Shown: positions 40,391 through 50,477, counted from the first letter of the stretch. The stretch is 64,000 nucleotides of DNA from Promethearchaeota archaeon (GCA_048938105.1 JBHLMN010000013.1:64001-128000); one strand, 5' to 3'. A program made the numbers and translations. Notes: generated by a model not told the origin, from the letters alone.

Positions 40391-41038
40391 ATGAAATGTC
40401 CGCATTGCACAGTTGAAATATTCGCAGATAAAAAATACGAACAAATTTACAATTTTTCTGATAGAAAAGGAGATTGGAGATTAGTTTTTTTCAAATGTCC
40501 TAGTTGTATGAATTTTACTTTTGATCTAGAGAATGGAAACCGTAGTAAAACTGCGTTTGATATAAAAGAAACAATTAGAGTATATCCTAAAGGCAGCTCA
40601 CGTCCTCCTTGTCCTCAAGAAGTTCCTCAACATGTAGCAGAAGACTATACAGAAGCTTGCTTGGTTCTTATTGATAGTCCAAAAGCCTCTGCTGCATTAA
40701 GTAGACGCTGTCTTCAAAATATTCTTCGAGAAGCTGCTGAAGTTAATCCTAGCAATCTTTCAACAGAAATTCAAGAGGTATTAGATGGTAAAACTTTACC
40801 TACTTACATTGCGGAATCTATAGATGCGGTAAGGAATATTGGTAATTTTGCAACTCATCCAAATAAAAGCAATAGTACAGGTGAGATATTACCCGTCGAA
40901 CCAGAAGAAGCAGAATGGAATTTAGATGTACTAGAAGCATTATTTGACTTTTATTATGTCCAACCAGCTAAGATACAAAAAAAGAAGGGTGCATTAAATA
41001 AAAAATTAAAAGAAGCAGGTAAGAAACCTATGAAGTGA
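40391..41038 (+). CDS. Zn-ribbon plus DUF4145 (HEPN-like) protein
   Basis: CPHC/CPSC; DYTEA..SPKASAALSRRCLQ; R-NIGN-xx-H; GGAGG RBS. Confidence 0.85.
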   Translation: MKCPHCTVEIFADKKYEQIYNFSDRKGDWRLVFFKCPSCMNFTFDLENGNRSKTAFDIKETIRVYPKGSSRPPCPQEVPQHVAEDYTEACLVLIDSPKASAALSRRCLQNILREAAEVNPSNLSTEIQEVLDGKTLPTYIAESIDAVRNIGNFATHPNKSNSTGEILPVEPEEAEWNLDVLEALFDFYYVQPAKIQKKKGALNKKLKEAGKKPMK

Positions 41039-41050
41039 GGAATTAATATA

Positions 41051-41755
41051 ATGACCAAAAAGATCTGTTTTTTAATTTGTCCTATTGGTAAGGAAGGTAG
41101 TCCAGAGAGAAAGAGAGCTGACCAGCTTTATAACCACATTGTGATTGAAATATTGAAAGAATATGATTTTGAAGTCATTAGAGCAGATAAAATCGGTAAA
41201 CCAGGAATAATTACTCTACAGATTATTGAACAGTTAAATAGTGCTGACTTGGTTATTGCTGATTTGAAAGGGCATAATCCTAACGTGTTTTATGAGCTCG
41301 GGATTCGTCATGTCATTGGAAAACCTATAATTCAGATATATCATCCTGATGAACGAATCCCTTTCGATGTATCTGGATTAAGAAGCATTACACTTGATAT
41401 ACAAGACTTAGATAGTGTAAAAAATTGCATAACAGAGCTAAAAGAGCAAGTAGAATCGATTTTGGAAAATCCTGAGGAATTAACATCACCTTATACTACT
41501 GCTATTGATTATCAAACACTAAGATCAAGTGAAAATCCGATTGGAACAGCTTTAGCGGATATCAAAGAAAGTATTGAGAGTCTAAGAACACAAATAGAAG
41601 AATTAGAACATTCTACAAGGTTTGTACCAATAACAAGAACGAGATTTGATTTAAGTAAATATTTTACTGATGACAAAGAACGAAAAGCTTACAAAACATT
41701 GCAAGAGGCTTTTGATGCACAACCAACTAATCAAAACAACAATGACGAGATTTAA
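41051..41755 (+). CDS. Nucleoside 2-deoxyribosyltransferase-like (NDT/TIR-like) protein with C-terminal coiled coil
   Basis: CFLICPIG, RAD, ADLVIADL and NPNVFYELG. Confidence 0.8.
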   Translation: MTKKICFLICPIGKEGSPERKRADQLYNHIVIEILKEYDFEVIRADKIGKPGIITLQIIEQLNSADLVIADLKGHNPNVFYELGIRHVIGKPIIQIYHPDERIPFDVSGLRSITLDIQDLDSVKNCITELKEQVESILENPEELTSPYTTAIDYQTLRSSENPIGTALADIKESIESLRTQIEELEHSTRFVPITRTRFDLSKYFTDDKERKAYKTLQEAFDAQPTNQNNNDEI

Positions 41756-41810
41756 AGCTTATTGCAATGATTACTTACTGAGTACATTAAGGATAGCGAA
41801 TCCTAATATC

Positions 41811-42371
41811 CTATTCCTCTTCTTCTACTTCATTAATTTCATTTAATTCTCTTGATTCTTCAATTAATGGTTGATGCTCGTTCTCCACACTTTTAGTTTC
41901 TTTAATCTCTCCTCTGTGGACATAAAACATAATAGTTAAAAGGAACATAAGGATTATGAAATATACCATAATTCCATTGGTAAATGAGGAGGAATAAGTA
42001 AATATTTCATCTAATGCATAATGCCCTTCCATAAAGTAAATGACCAGAGTAATAATACCTATCACTGATAAAATTATTGTCACAAGGATAATATGTCTTC
42101 CTATTATCTTATTTCTTTCATTTCCAAAGAAAGTATTTACTAGAAAAACGTACGAACTGAAAACACCAATTGTTAAGATCAACCAATTTTGCATTTCGGT
42201 TGGATCATAGGACAATCCATAATCGAGAAAGTATTGCAACATTATAAGACCACAGATAACGAAAGTAAAGCAGAGTGCTTCTTTGTAAGCCTCTTTTAAT
42301 CTTTGAGTATCAAACTTATTCCTAATTCCCTCTAACCTCATCTTGATCTTTTCTCCCATTAATATCAACAA
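41811..42371 (-). CDS. Four-TM membrane protein with acidic tail
   Basis: Four hydrophobic segments. Confidence 0.65.
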   Translation of the reverse strand: MLILMGEKIKMRLEGIRNKFDTQRLKEAYKEALCFTFVICGLIMLQYFLDYGLSYDPTEMQNWLILTIGVFSSYVFLVNTFFGNERNKIIGRHIILVTIILSVIGIITLVIYFMEGHYALDEIFTYSSSFTNGIMVYFIILMFLLTIMFYVHRGEIKETKSVENEHQPLIEESRELNEINEVEEEE

Positions 42372-42399
42372 GTGTTTAAGAAAAACTCAGTTATTCAGT

Positions 42400-42423
42400 T
42401 AAATAAGCCTTTCGAACGCAGAA
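42400..42423 (-). promoter_or_regulatory. BRE/TATA promoter module, copy 1 (TTCTGCGTTCGAAAGGCTTATTTA)
   Basis: 22/24 identical to 46491-46514; CGAAAG followed by an AT-rich box, upstream of the gene starting at 42371. Confidence 0.6.
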
Positions 42424-42528
42424 GAACTCTAAATGTTTTCTCCTGATTACGTACACCTCCCTCCTAATTGTTCATTGAAGTTTTGTTATATTCAATTCCT
42501 GAAATCAGGAGTTTTAATTTAGAACTTC

Positions 42529-43932
42529 TTAGAGAAATCCTCTCCTAATTTCTTTAGATATTTTCTCATAAGTCTTAGGGTTAATGTCAGCCCTTAGAAG
42601 AAGTAAATCAGAAATAGGCTGCCTAATCCCAAAATTATCGAATTTAGAGATGACCTTAATAGCGATCTTTGTGGTAATAATCTCTAAAATCTGATTTAAT
42701 TTTGGGTTTAATTCTTCAAGATTTTCAACGTATATAATTTCTGCTCCTGGCTTGACTCTGGCAAAATATTCTTGAACTTCAGGTGCAATCTTCTTTGTTG
42801 ATACTATTATCGCATAATCAGGTTTATAGAGACCAATTCGGCCTCCAAAAGGATACGCATGTCCCATTGAAAATTCGTTGTCCTTAAGTTCAAACATTAG
42901 CAATGTTCCCTCTAGATCAATAAAAGCATCTATTTCCTCGGTTCCTTCTAATAAATTAAGCAATATTTTATCTCTAGGAATACCGAGCTCGATTAATACT
43001 CTTACTAATTTAGCTGTCATCCAATAGCTATGATCTAACATTCTTTTTAAATCATCTGTCGGACTAAAAAGCGTTTCTATTCTTTCTTCAGATATTGGAT
43101 TACCACAAGAACACAAAACACCCATTTGGGTCATTTTTTCGATCGAATCTTTCGATTGAACTCTATTAATTTGGTTTGAAGTTTTATTACAAATCACAAC
43201 ATACTCTTGTGAAAGGAGATTAACCTTTGTCAATTCTTTAATGATTTCTTGAACTTCTTCTACTTCCCTACCTGCCTTTTTTTCGAGATCTGTGGCTAAT
43301 ATCCCACCTGATCTTTTTATTAAAAGAGCTAGATGTCTAATTGAAGGATTTTCTAGGTATATTGATAGCTCAAGATCATCTTCAGATATATTATTTGAGG
43401 GAATAAACCTTGTTTCTTCACTATTAGAGAGCCCTTCAAATTTTTGGTTTACTGTCTGAAGTTCTTCCCAAGCAAAAGTTAAATCAAGGTCATTTAATAT
43501 TATATTTAAACTGTTTAATAGGTTTTCAAGCTGATCAGGACTCTCATCAACTTTAAGACAACCTACCTCAAGAAAATATTTTCCCTTTTCATCTTTAGAA
43601 TCACCTTTTCTTTCTTCTTCTTCTTTATTTACTAGGATATATAGAAAACCATGTTCATTAGGAGTGTAATAAAGGTCTCCAATTATAGGATTCAAAGATT
43701 CTTTATAATATCTAAAAAGAGAGTAAGATCTATAGATAAAGTCTATCTCCAAATCTCTCATTTTCCTTGTTTTTAAATCTGATTCCTCAACACCGAATGT
43801 TTCAAAAAATCTCTTCTCAGCTTTCGATATTAACGGGTTGAATCCCTCTTCAGCTAGTTTATCTATAATAGAGTCGAAATATTCTATTTTATAATCAAAA
43901 GGAGTTATTTTCCTTTTTATTTTTATTGTCAT
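42529..43932 (-). CDS. wHTH/Zn-ribbon protein with C-terminal restriction-endonuclease-like (Mrr-type PD-(D/E)xK) domain
   Basis: EEIDAF..LLMFELKD and AIIVST; helix-turn-helix segment DLEKKAGREVEEVQEIIKEL; ICNK/LCSCG. Confidence 0.6.
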   Translation of the reverse strand: MTIKIKRKITPFDYKIEYFDSIIDKLAEEGFNPLISKAEKRFFETFGVEESDLKTRKMRDLEIDFIYRSYSLFRYYKESLNPIIGDLYYTPNEHGFLYILVNKEEEERKGDSKDEKGKYFLEVGCLKVDESPDQLENLLNSLNIILNDLDLTFAWEELQTVNQKFEGLSNSEETRFIPSNNISEDDLELSIYLENPSIRHLALLIKRSGGILATDLEKKAGREVEEVQEIIKELTKVNLLSQEYVVICNKTSNQINRVQSKDSIEKMTQMGVLCSCGNPISEERIETLFSPTDDLKRMLDHSYWMTAKLVRVLIELGIPRDKILLNLLEGTEEIDAFIDLEGTLLMFELKDNEFSMGHAYPFGGRIGLYKPDYAIIVSTKKIAPEVQEYFARVKPGAEIIYVENLEELNPKLNQILEIITTKIAIKVISKFDNFGIRQPISDLLLLRADINPKTYEKISKEIRRGFL

Positions 43933-44081
43933 TGTTAAACCCCTCTCTAAATGTACGGTTTTTCGGCTTTACTTAAAAAATCTCTTATTTAACCAAAGAT
44001 ATTTGTTCCCCTTGTTTTTATCTTTAGAATAATACTAATTCTTTAGTCTCATGATTATTTCTCTTAAATATCTTAATTAGA

Positions 44082-45157
44082 TTAGGTCGGAGTAACCTTA
44101 AGGAATCCAAAACCAATTAACTCTTTTATCAAGTCCATTGCTTTTGCTTTTAGCATATCTTTATCAAAAGAGATGTAACCTAAATCACTAAAATCACTGG
44201 CGAGACTTACTCCTGTTTCTTTAAGAATAACAATTTTTTTCCCGTATAAAACACCAGCTGCTCCTAATTCGAATACTGCATTATCACTCGGTCTAAAAAT
44301 CTCATTATCATTCTCATCAATGTACTTTTCATCAGCAGTGAATATTACAATCGCAGATGTACATTTATGCATCAAATCAGCTATTTTTTCTGATATGGGA
44401 CGTCCTATATGTGGTTCATCAACTGCAACGCTGTAAGGAACTTTAAATTCATCTAGTATGTTCTTAAGTTGCTCCAGTGGTTTTCTTTTTTTTCCATGAA
44501 TTATAAAAATCTTGTTAATATGTGGTTTTTCAATTAGAATAGCAGGGGGTGCTTCTACAGGCTCCTCTTCTTTCACCACTAATCCAAGATCTTCCATTTC
44601 TTCTAGTTCAGAGATCTCTTCATGCGTTGCTGGTACTCTAGTAGAAAGATTATCTAATCGTACATATGTGCTACCACTAATATCTTCCAAGATACCTAGT
44701 TCTGTTCCATTTTTAGTAATCATCTCATAACAAGTTGTGACATCATCCTCAGGAATTTTAAAGTCTCTAGTAAATGTATTCTGGATAGGTTCTAATTGGG
44801 GGAATTTATGAGTATCGTAACGCTCGAAAAATACTTTGAATACTTTAATAGAAAGCAAAGCCTCAAGAAGTGCATTATTTTTCTCTTCAATATTTTGTGA
44901 AGCAACTATTGATCTACCTCGTTCCGTTAGTGAAACACTCTTTGCAGCAAACTCCCTTTCGTAAGACCAAATTGACCTGAAGCAGTTATAAGGTTTCTGA
45001 ACCAGCTACTTGTTGGTGATTGCTCCAAAACCTTTGCAAGGTCTAAAATAGCATATGGTTCTCCTGCATTATAATCCTGGATCGCTTGTGCCACCCTTAC
45101 TGAATCCATTAAACTCTTTCTGGGAAATAGACTTTTTCTTCTCTTTTTCTTAGCCAA
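44082..45157 (-). pseudogene. Frameshifted gene for a wHTH plus CAP12/Pycsar-type TIR-like nucleotide-binding protein
   Basis: The 76-aa and 258-aa ORFs join if one base is restored near 44950 (GLTKGS-x-AAKSVSLTERGRSIV..LLEALLSIK). The C-terminus has KIFIIHGK, AIVIFTADE and RPSDNAVFELG. Confidence 0.8.
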
Positions 45158-45202
45158 TTCCTACTCACCTAATTCTTTAATGTTATTTTATGTTATTCTC
45201 CC

Positions 45203-45601
45203 TTAAATTCTACCAAAAATAATCATTAAAAGAAATATAATAAATGCAATCGTAAGAAAAAAGCTAGTAAACCCCGAACCACCACTCATTGTATATATGT
45301 CTCTTCCTAATTTGGTAGTTTTTTTAACACGATTATAATTTCTGGTTGGCGATACAACATCTGTGATGGCTTTTTTTGTTTCTTTTTTAACTCTTGAAGA
45401 TGCCAGTCTTTGTTTAGTAAAATCCGACCACGATTTATTTCTTTTAATTTTACCATATCTGTCAAAAGACATCGCTCTTGTTTTACCACGAACGTTTATC
45501 CTTCGCCAATCCTCTTCTTCACCACCTTTTATTGCTGCAAGCTTAATAATTATTAGAATTCCGATTATAGCAAATACTAATATAATTATTTCCTCAATCA
45601 T
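45203..45601 (-). CDS. Basic protein with N- and C-terminal TM helices
   Basis: Two terminal hydrophobic segments around a Lys/Arg-rich middle. Confidence 0.6.
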   Translation of the reverse strand: MIEEIIILVFAIIGILIIIKLAAIKGGEEEDWRRINVRGKTRAMSFDRYGKIKRNKSWSDFTKQRLASSRVKKETKKAITDVVSPTRNYNRVKKTTKLGRDIYTMSGGSGFTSFFLTIAFIIFLLMIIFGRI

Positions 45602-45893
45602 GGTGAGACCCCTATACTTTTACCAAATTAGTAAGAAATCTGATTGTAAGTTATTTACCTTACTCACATTACTCTAACCAATTTCTCGGTCATGTTCTCT
45701 AGGAAAATCATCTATTTAAGATTTGCCTTCTAAGAGCTATATTCTTGTAGTGCCTAACTTCTGTACCTAAGGCCACCATATTTAAAATAATACATTCTTT
45801 AAAAAAGAATTAAAAGCCATTAAATACTCTATTCATAATAAGAAAGGTGATTTGATAATGAAATAAAATACTGAGGCTATTTTGACATTATTT

Positions 45894-46385
45894 TCATATA
45901 CCATTTAATTTAAAGATCAAAGAGATTGTGAAAAACAGAAAAAATATAAGAAACAACGATTCACCAGTGAAATAAGCACGATTGCACCATTTTTCTTTGT
46001 TGAGAACAAATTCAACTAATAATTCCTTATTTTTGAGTTTTCTCCATTCACTGGCCTTAATCTTTAGATGTTCTAAATAAGATTGTTTTTTTCCATTTTT
46101 ATCCAAGGGAAAATGGCTTTTAAACAGATAAAAATTGCCAGTAATCTCGTCATGATTGCTTCTAATGTACATAATTACAATTAACCAGACAATAGTAATT
46201 AGTAGAAAGATAATCGTATAAAATCCTAGATCTGCTCTCCAAGCAAAATAAACCATTCCAATACTGAGAGTAAATAGATAGTGTGTAAACGATAATCTAG
46301 TTTGTAGTCTCTCTTTAACAGCGGAAACAAGATATTCAAAGATCTTATCATCTAAATCAACTTCGTTTTGTTTATTATTAGACAT
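45894..46385 (-). CDS. Three-TM membrane protein (possible defence effector)
   Basis: Hydrophobic segments; AGGTG RBS. Confidence 0.6.
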   Translation of the reverse strand: MSNNKQNEVDLDDKIFEYLVSAVKERLQTRLSFTHYLFTLSIGMVYFAWRADLGFYTIIFLLITIVWLIVIMYIRSNHDEITGNFYLFKSHFPLDKNGKKQSYLEHLKIKASEWRKLKNKELLVEFVLNKEKWCNRAYFTGESLFLIFFLFFTISLIFKLNGI

Positions 46386-46447
46386 ATCAACACCTAATTA
46401 CACTTTAATTTATCTGATTCCCTCTATCCTTCTATTTTTATAGCACA

Positions 46448-46475
46448 AGTGATTATAAAAGTACTTATAAGAAGG
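46448..46475 (+). other. Internal dif/Xer-like site AGTGATTATAA-AAGTAC-TTATAAGAAGG
   Basis: TTATAA-N6-TTATAA; left arm 9/11 identical to the attR left arm. Confidence 0.55.
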
Positions 46476-46490
46476 AATTACCTAAAGAAA

Positions 46491-46514
46491 TAAATAAACC
46501 TTTCGAACACAGAA
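46491..46514 (-). promoter_or_regulatory. BRE/TATA promoter module, copy 2 (TTCTGTGTTCGAAAGGTTTATTTA)
   Basis: Canonical CGAAAG-x-TTTATTTA pointing into the minus-strand cargo genes. Confidence 0.65.
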
Positions 46515-46597
46515 ATATACAATTTGTTGGCAAGATTTTGCGTGGTGTGTAGTTCACATATGCTGAAACAGCTGAATATACAGGTTTTTGTTTTTTT

Positions 46598-46617
46598 TGA
46601 CTTCACTTTTGAAGTCA
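46598..46617. other. Perfect hairpin TGACTTCA-CTTT-TGAAGTCA flanked by T runs, abutting attR (terminator or accessory site)
   Basis: 8-bp inverted repeat ending 2 bp before the attR left arm. Confidence 0.5.
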
Positions 46618-46619
46618 TT

Positions 46620-46647
46620 TTTGATTATAACCAGGGTTATTTAACAG
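46620..46647 (+). other. Right junction (attR), dif/Xer-like site TTTGATTATAA-CCAGGG-TTATTTAACAG
   Basis: 11-6-11 layout; spacer differs from attL by one base. Confidence 0.75.
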
Positions 46648-47324
46648 TAGTTTTTGGGATTGGATCTATTGAACAACATGGACCTCACTTACCAACCAAC
46701 ACGGATGCCTTAATTGGTGATGTTCTAGCTAATAAAGTAGCAGAAAGATTAAAGAATGCTTTACAAGCCCTTACAATGCGGGTAGGTTGTTCGCGTCATC
46801 ATATGGCTTTTCCTGGCACAATTTCGTATAAAGATTCAACTTTGAAAGCTGTTATCCACGATTATGTGCATAGCTTAGTACATCACGGTTTTAAGAACAT
46901 TATTTTAATCCCTAGTCATGGAGGGAATTTTAGACCAACACAAGAAGCGATTGATGAGCTCAAAGAAGAGTATCCCGATAGTAAAATTATTGGTTATACA
47001 GATCTTTTTGGGCTCTTGGATGCTTTACATAGATTTTCAGGGGAATTTGGCGTCACAAAAGAAGAATCTGGAGCACACGCAGGTGAATCTGAAGCTTCTC
47101 TTATGTTAGCTTTGGCAAAAGATCTTGTTAAAGAAGAATCTTTCGAACCTGGATATGTTGGAATAGTTGGACCAGAACAATCACAACTTATTTTTGAAAA
47201 GGGAATGACTGCATTAACAAAAAATGGTATTTTAGGAGATCCAACAAAGGCAACAAGTGATAAAGGCGAAGTATACCTTGAAAATCTAGTAAAACTTCTT
47301 GTTGACGAAATTAAAAGGAATTAA
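46629..47324 (+). pseudogene. 3' part of the interrupted creatininase/mycofactocin-peptidase-family gene
   Basis: GSIEQHGPHLP..D, HHMAFPGT, SHGGN, HAGESE and NGILGDP; the native start lies at 38163. Confidence 0.9.
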
Positions 47325-47432
47325 ATAATTAGTTTTTCTATCTCGCTCCTGAATTTTCCCTTAAAGAATTGAATGATCGGATATTAATGTGAGATTTTTG
47401 ATACAAGCTAAAGCTAAGAGGAATAAGCCAGA

Positions 47433-48518
47433 ATGAAGCAATTAAATTTTGCACTAGTAGGATGTGGACGAATCAGTGATTTGCATTATCGTGGTTATTT
47501 GCTGAATCCCAATGCAACTGTATATGCTATTTGTGATGTAGATATTACCAAAGCACGGGAAAAAGCAGTAGAGTGGAGTATTCCCAAAGAAAGAGTCTAT
47601 TCAGATTTCTCAAGGATGCTCAAAAATGATCAAATAGATGCGGTGGAGCTATTAGTTCCACACCAGCTCCATGCTCCTTTAACTATTGAAGCAGCAGAAG
47701 CAGGAAAACACATCTCTGTACAGAAACCTATGGCGAATTCCCTCAAAGAATGTGATGAGATGATAGCAGCAGCTAGAAAAGCAGGTGTCAAATTTAGAAT
47801 CTTTGAGAATTTTCGCTTTTATCCTCCTTATATTTTAGCAAAAAAGATGATTAATGAAGGAAAACTGGGACATCTCATTTCAATTCATATTAAATTGGGA
47901 GTAGGGACAGGTGGATGGGAAGTACCAAGTGAAGCTTGGATTTGGAGATTCGATCGAGATCAATGTGGAGGAGGGCCGTTGTGTTGGGACGACGGGTACC
48001 ATAAATGGAGTATTGCACGATGGCTTATAGAATCAGAAATTGAATCTGTATATGGACGGATTGACTTCACAGGTATTGTTGAAGATGATGGTGAGCCTAA
48101 AGTGGATTCCCCAGCAAAATTCATCTGGAAGTATAAAACACCAAGAACTTATGGCAGCATGGATGCCACTTATATGCGAAATTGTGAATTTCCTTCAAAA
48201 TATTACCCTGCAGATGAACGCGTTGAGATTACGGGGGATAATGGTTATATTTGGATCAATCAATGTACAGCGAACACCGTACGAAATGAAGCACCATTAA
48301 TCACTTATATCGGGGGAGAATTGGAGGAGTTTTTCGATATAGAGACTGATTGGCAGGCTAGTTTTACAAATGCTGTTAATCACTTCATTGAAGCGATAAT
48401 TGCTGGTACTAAACCAGAAATTAATCCCGAGGAAGGGAAAAAAATACAACAATTTGCGCAGGCAGCTCATTTATCTTGTAAAACCCATAGAGAAGAACAA
48501 CCAGATAAAATGGTATAA
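47433..48518 (+). CDS. Gfo/Idh/MocA-family oxidoreductase
   Basis: [24 protein letters not shown]. Confidence 0.9.
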   Translation: MKQLNFALVGCGRISDLHYRGYLLNPNATVYAICDVDITKAREKAVEWSIPKERVYSDFSRMLKNDQIDAVELLVPHQLHAPLTIEAAEAGKHISVQKPMANSLKECDEMIAAARKAGVKFRIFENFRFYPPYILAKKMINEGKLGHLISIHIKLGVGTGGWEVPSEAWIWRFDRDQCGGGPLCWDDGYHKWSIARWLIESEIESVYGRIDFTGIVEDDGEPKVDSPAKFIWKYKTPRTYGSMDATYMRNCEFPSKYYPADERVEITGDNGYIWINQCTANTVRNEAPLITYIGGELEEFFDIETDWQASFTNAVNHFIEAIIAGTKPEINPEEGKKIQQFAQAAHLSCKTHREEQPDKMV

Positions 48519-48526
48519 CAATCAGA

Positions 48527-50203
48527 TTGAGGAGAATGAATCCTATTATGAGGAGTACGAGAATCAAAGAAGGTGTTCAACGAGCTGCAGCTCGAGCTTT
48601 ATTAAAAAGTACAGGGTTAACACAGGAAGAAATAGATAAACCATGGATTGCTGTAGTAAATTCTTTTACTGAAATTGTGCCTGGCCATGTACATCTTAAA
48701 AAGATAGCTAAAGCTGTCAAAGAAGGTATATTAATGTCTGGAGGTGTGCCTTTTGAGTTTAATACAATTTCTGTCTGTGATGGGATTGCTCAGGGAACAC
48801 TAGGAATGAGATATTCTTTACCTAGTAGGGATGTAATTGTCGATACTATTGAGATAATGATTGAAGCTCACGGATTTGACGGAATGGTTCTTATTCCTTC
48901 CTGTGATAAGACCGTCCCTGCTCATCTTATGTCTGCTGCTAGACTTAATATTCCTTCAATTGTAGTAACAGGAGGACCAATGCTTCCTGGGCAGTATAAT
49001 GGAGAAGAACTCAGTCTTGTAGAGATGAGAGAGTTCATTGGTAAAGTTCGTAAGGGAGAAATGACGGATCAAGAACTCCTTCGTATTGAAGAGCTAGCAT
49101 GTCCTTCTGCTGGTTCCTGTAGCATGTTAGGTACAGCAAATACAATGGCTGTGGTCACGGAGGCATTAGGAATGTCATTACCAGGTTGTGCCACCAGTCA
49201 TGGAGTAATGGCAGATAAATTGAGAATAGCTCGAAATAGTGGCAAACAAATCATGAAGTTATTGAGAATCCCTCTCTTACCTAAACAGATTATGACTGAA
49301 AAGGCTTTATATAACGCTATTTCTGTTGATATGGCTATGGGAGGTAGTTTAAACTCAGTACTTCATTTAACAGCATTAGCAGAAGAACTTGAATTAGATA
49401 TTAATCTGAGAAGTTTTGATGAGATTAGTAAAAAAACTCCTGTTTTATGTTCATTAAAACCAGCGGGATCACATTCTCTTTGGAGATTAGATAGCTCTGG
49501 AGGAATTCCTGCATTAATGTCCGAACTTACACAAAACCTTTTCACAGAGGTTATTACAGTAACAGGTAAAACTATCAAAGAAAATCTAAATCAAATACCC
49601 TCTAGAGAAATCAAAGATTCAATAATTCACAGTTTTCAAACACCAGTCAGAAAAGAAGGAGGGATTGCTATTCTATATGGTAATTTAGCTCCCAATGGAG
49701 CTGTAGTTAAACAAACAGCTGTAAAATCCGAGATGATGGAACATCAAGGGGTAGCAAGAGTGTTTGAGTCTCTAGAATCTGGATTAGATGCACTTTGGGA
49801 TGGTAATATCAATTCAGGAGACATTATGGTTGTCAGATATGAGGGGCCTGTTGGTGGACCAGGGATGAGAGAGCAACATTCTATAACCTCATTAATCTCA
49901 GGATTGGGGGTGGATGCTGCATTAGTCACTGATGGCAGATTTTCTGGTAGTTCTCGTGGAGCAGTAATTGGTCATGTTACTCCTGAGGCAGCTGTTGGTG
50001 GGCCAATAGGAATAATTCAAGAAGACGATATAATCTTCTATTCTATTCCTGATAGAAAACTAGAAGTATTACTTGAGGAAAACATATTAAGAAATAGATT
50101 ACGAAATTTCATCCCTACTCCTCAAAAGATCCACAAGTCTCGAAGCGTTTTGAAAAAATATCGCAATTTAGTTAAATCTACTGATAAAGGAGCAGTTTTT
50201 TAG
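48527..50203 (+). CDS. ilvD: Dihydroxy-acid dehydratase (IlvD/Edd family)
   Basis: [37 protein letters not shown] and TDGRFSG. Confidence 0.9.
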   Translation: MRRMNPIMRSTRIKEGVQRAAARALLKSTGLTQEEIDKPWIAVVNSFTEIVPGHVHLKKIAKAVKEGILMSGGVPFEFNTISVCDGIAQGTLGMRYSLPSRDVIVDTIEIMIEAHGFDGMVLIPSCDKTVPAHLMSAARLNIPSIVVTGGPMLPGQYNGEELSLVEMREFIGKVRKGEMTDQELLRIEELACPSAGSCSMLGTANTMAVVTEALGMSLPGCATSHGVMADKLRIARNSGKQIMKLLRIPLLPKQIMTEKALYNAISVDMAMGGSLNSVLHLTALAEELELDINLRSFDEISKKTPVLCSLKPAGSHSLWRLDSSGGIPALMSELTQNLFTEVITVTGKTIKENLNQIPSREIKDSIIHSFQTPVRKEGGIAILYGNLAPNGAVVKQTAVKSEMMEHQGVARVFESLESGLDALWDGNINSGDIMVVRYEGPVGGPGMREQHSITSLISGLGVDAALVTDGRFSGSSRGAVIGHVTPEAAVGGPIGIIQEDDIIFYSIPDRKLEVLLEENILRNRLRNFIPTPQKIHKSRSVLKKYRNLVKSTDKGAVF

Positions 50204-50228
50204 AATAATCATTAGAATTGGGAACAGA

Positions 50229-50477
50229 ATGGAAACCAAATGGATCATAATCTTCATTGTATCTATTATAATCTCTGTACTAAGTCTTATCTTGTTCATA
50301 TTTTTTGATTTTCCTTTTTTATTCTTATTCCTATTTTTACCTTTTGTTTTTGGAATTAGGAACTCCGTTAGAGAAGAACAAGAGTATCCTCGGGTTTTTT
50401 GTAGAAGATGTGGTTCCAAATTACCTCCAGATTCAGTTTATTGTCCAAAATGTGGAATTTTCATTAATTCAAAGTGA
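50229..50477 (+). CDS. Small membrane protein with C-terminal zinc ribbon
   Basis: Two TM segments plus CRRCG..CPKCG. Confidence 0.7.
   Translation: METKWIIIFIVSIIISVLSLILFIFFDFPFLFLFLFLPFVFGIRNSVREEQEYPRVFCRRCGSKLPPDSVYCPKCGIFINSK

Larger units (their letters stand above)
38216..46635. mobile_element. 8,412-bp integrase-free cargo island inserted in a creatininase gene
   Basis: Direct repeat TAACCAGG at 38216-38223 and 46628-46635. Removing one copy plus the interval restores a 249-aa ORF. No integrase, transposase or Rep recognised inside. Confidence 0.88.

Noticed and set aside
44945-44962. Programmed -1 frameshift at AAAGGGA in the TIR gene
   Set aside because: The heptamer is read G_AAA_GGG in the upstream frame, not X_XXY_YYZ
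40349-45200. Further dif-like sites at 40349-40376, 43982-44009 and 45170-45199
   Set aside because: They show only TAA-N6-TTA-level or off-spacing matches, which are expected by chance in such AT-rich DNA
46524-46628. ORF-track N-terminus of the creatininase (MLARFCVVC...)
   Set aside because: It is island-end DNA read through by chance; the true N-terminus is at 38163
38216-46635. Classical integron, IS/transposon or provirus
   Set aside because: No IntI, transposase, terminal inverted repeats, canonical RYYYAAC/GTTRRRY attC series, or capsid or replication genes recognised
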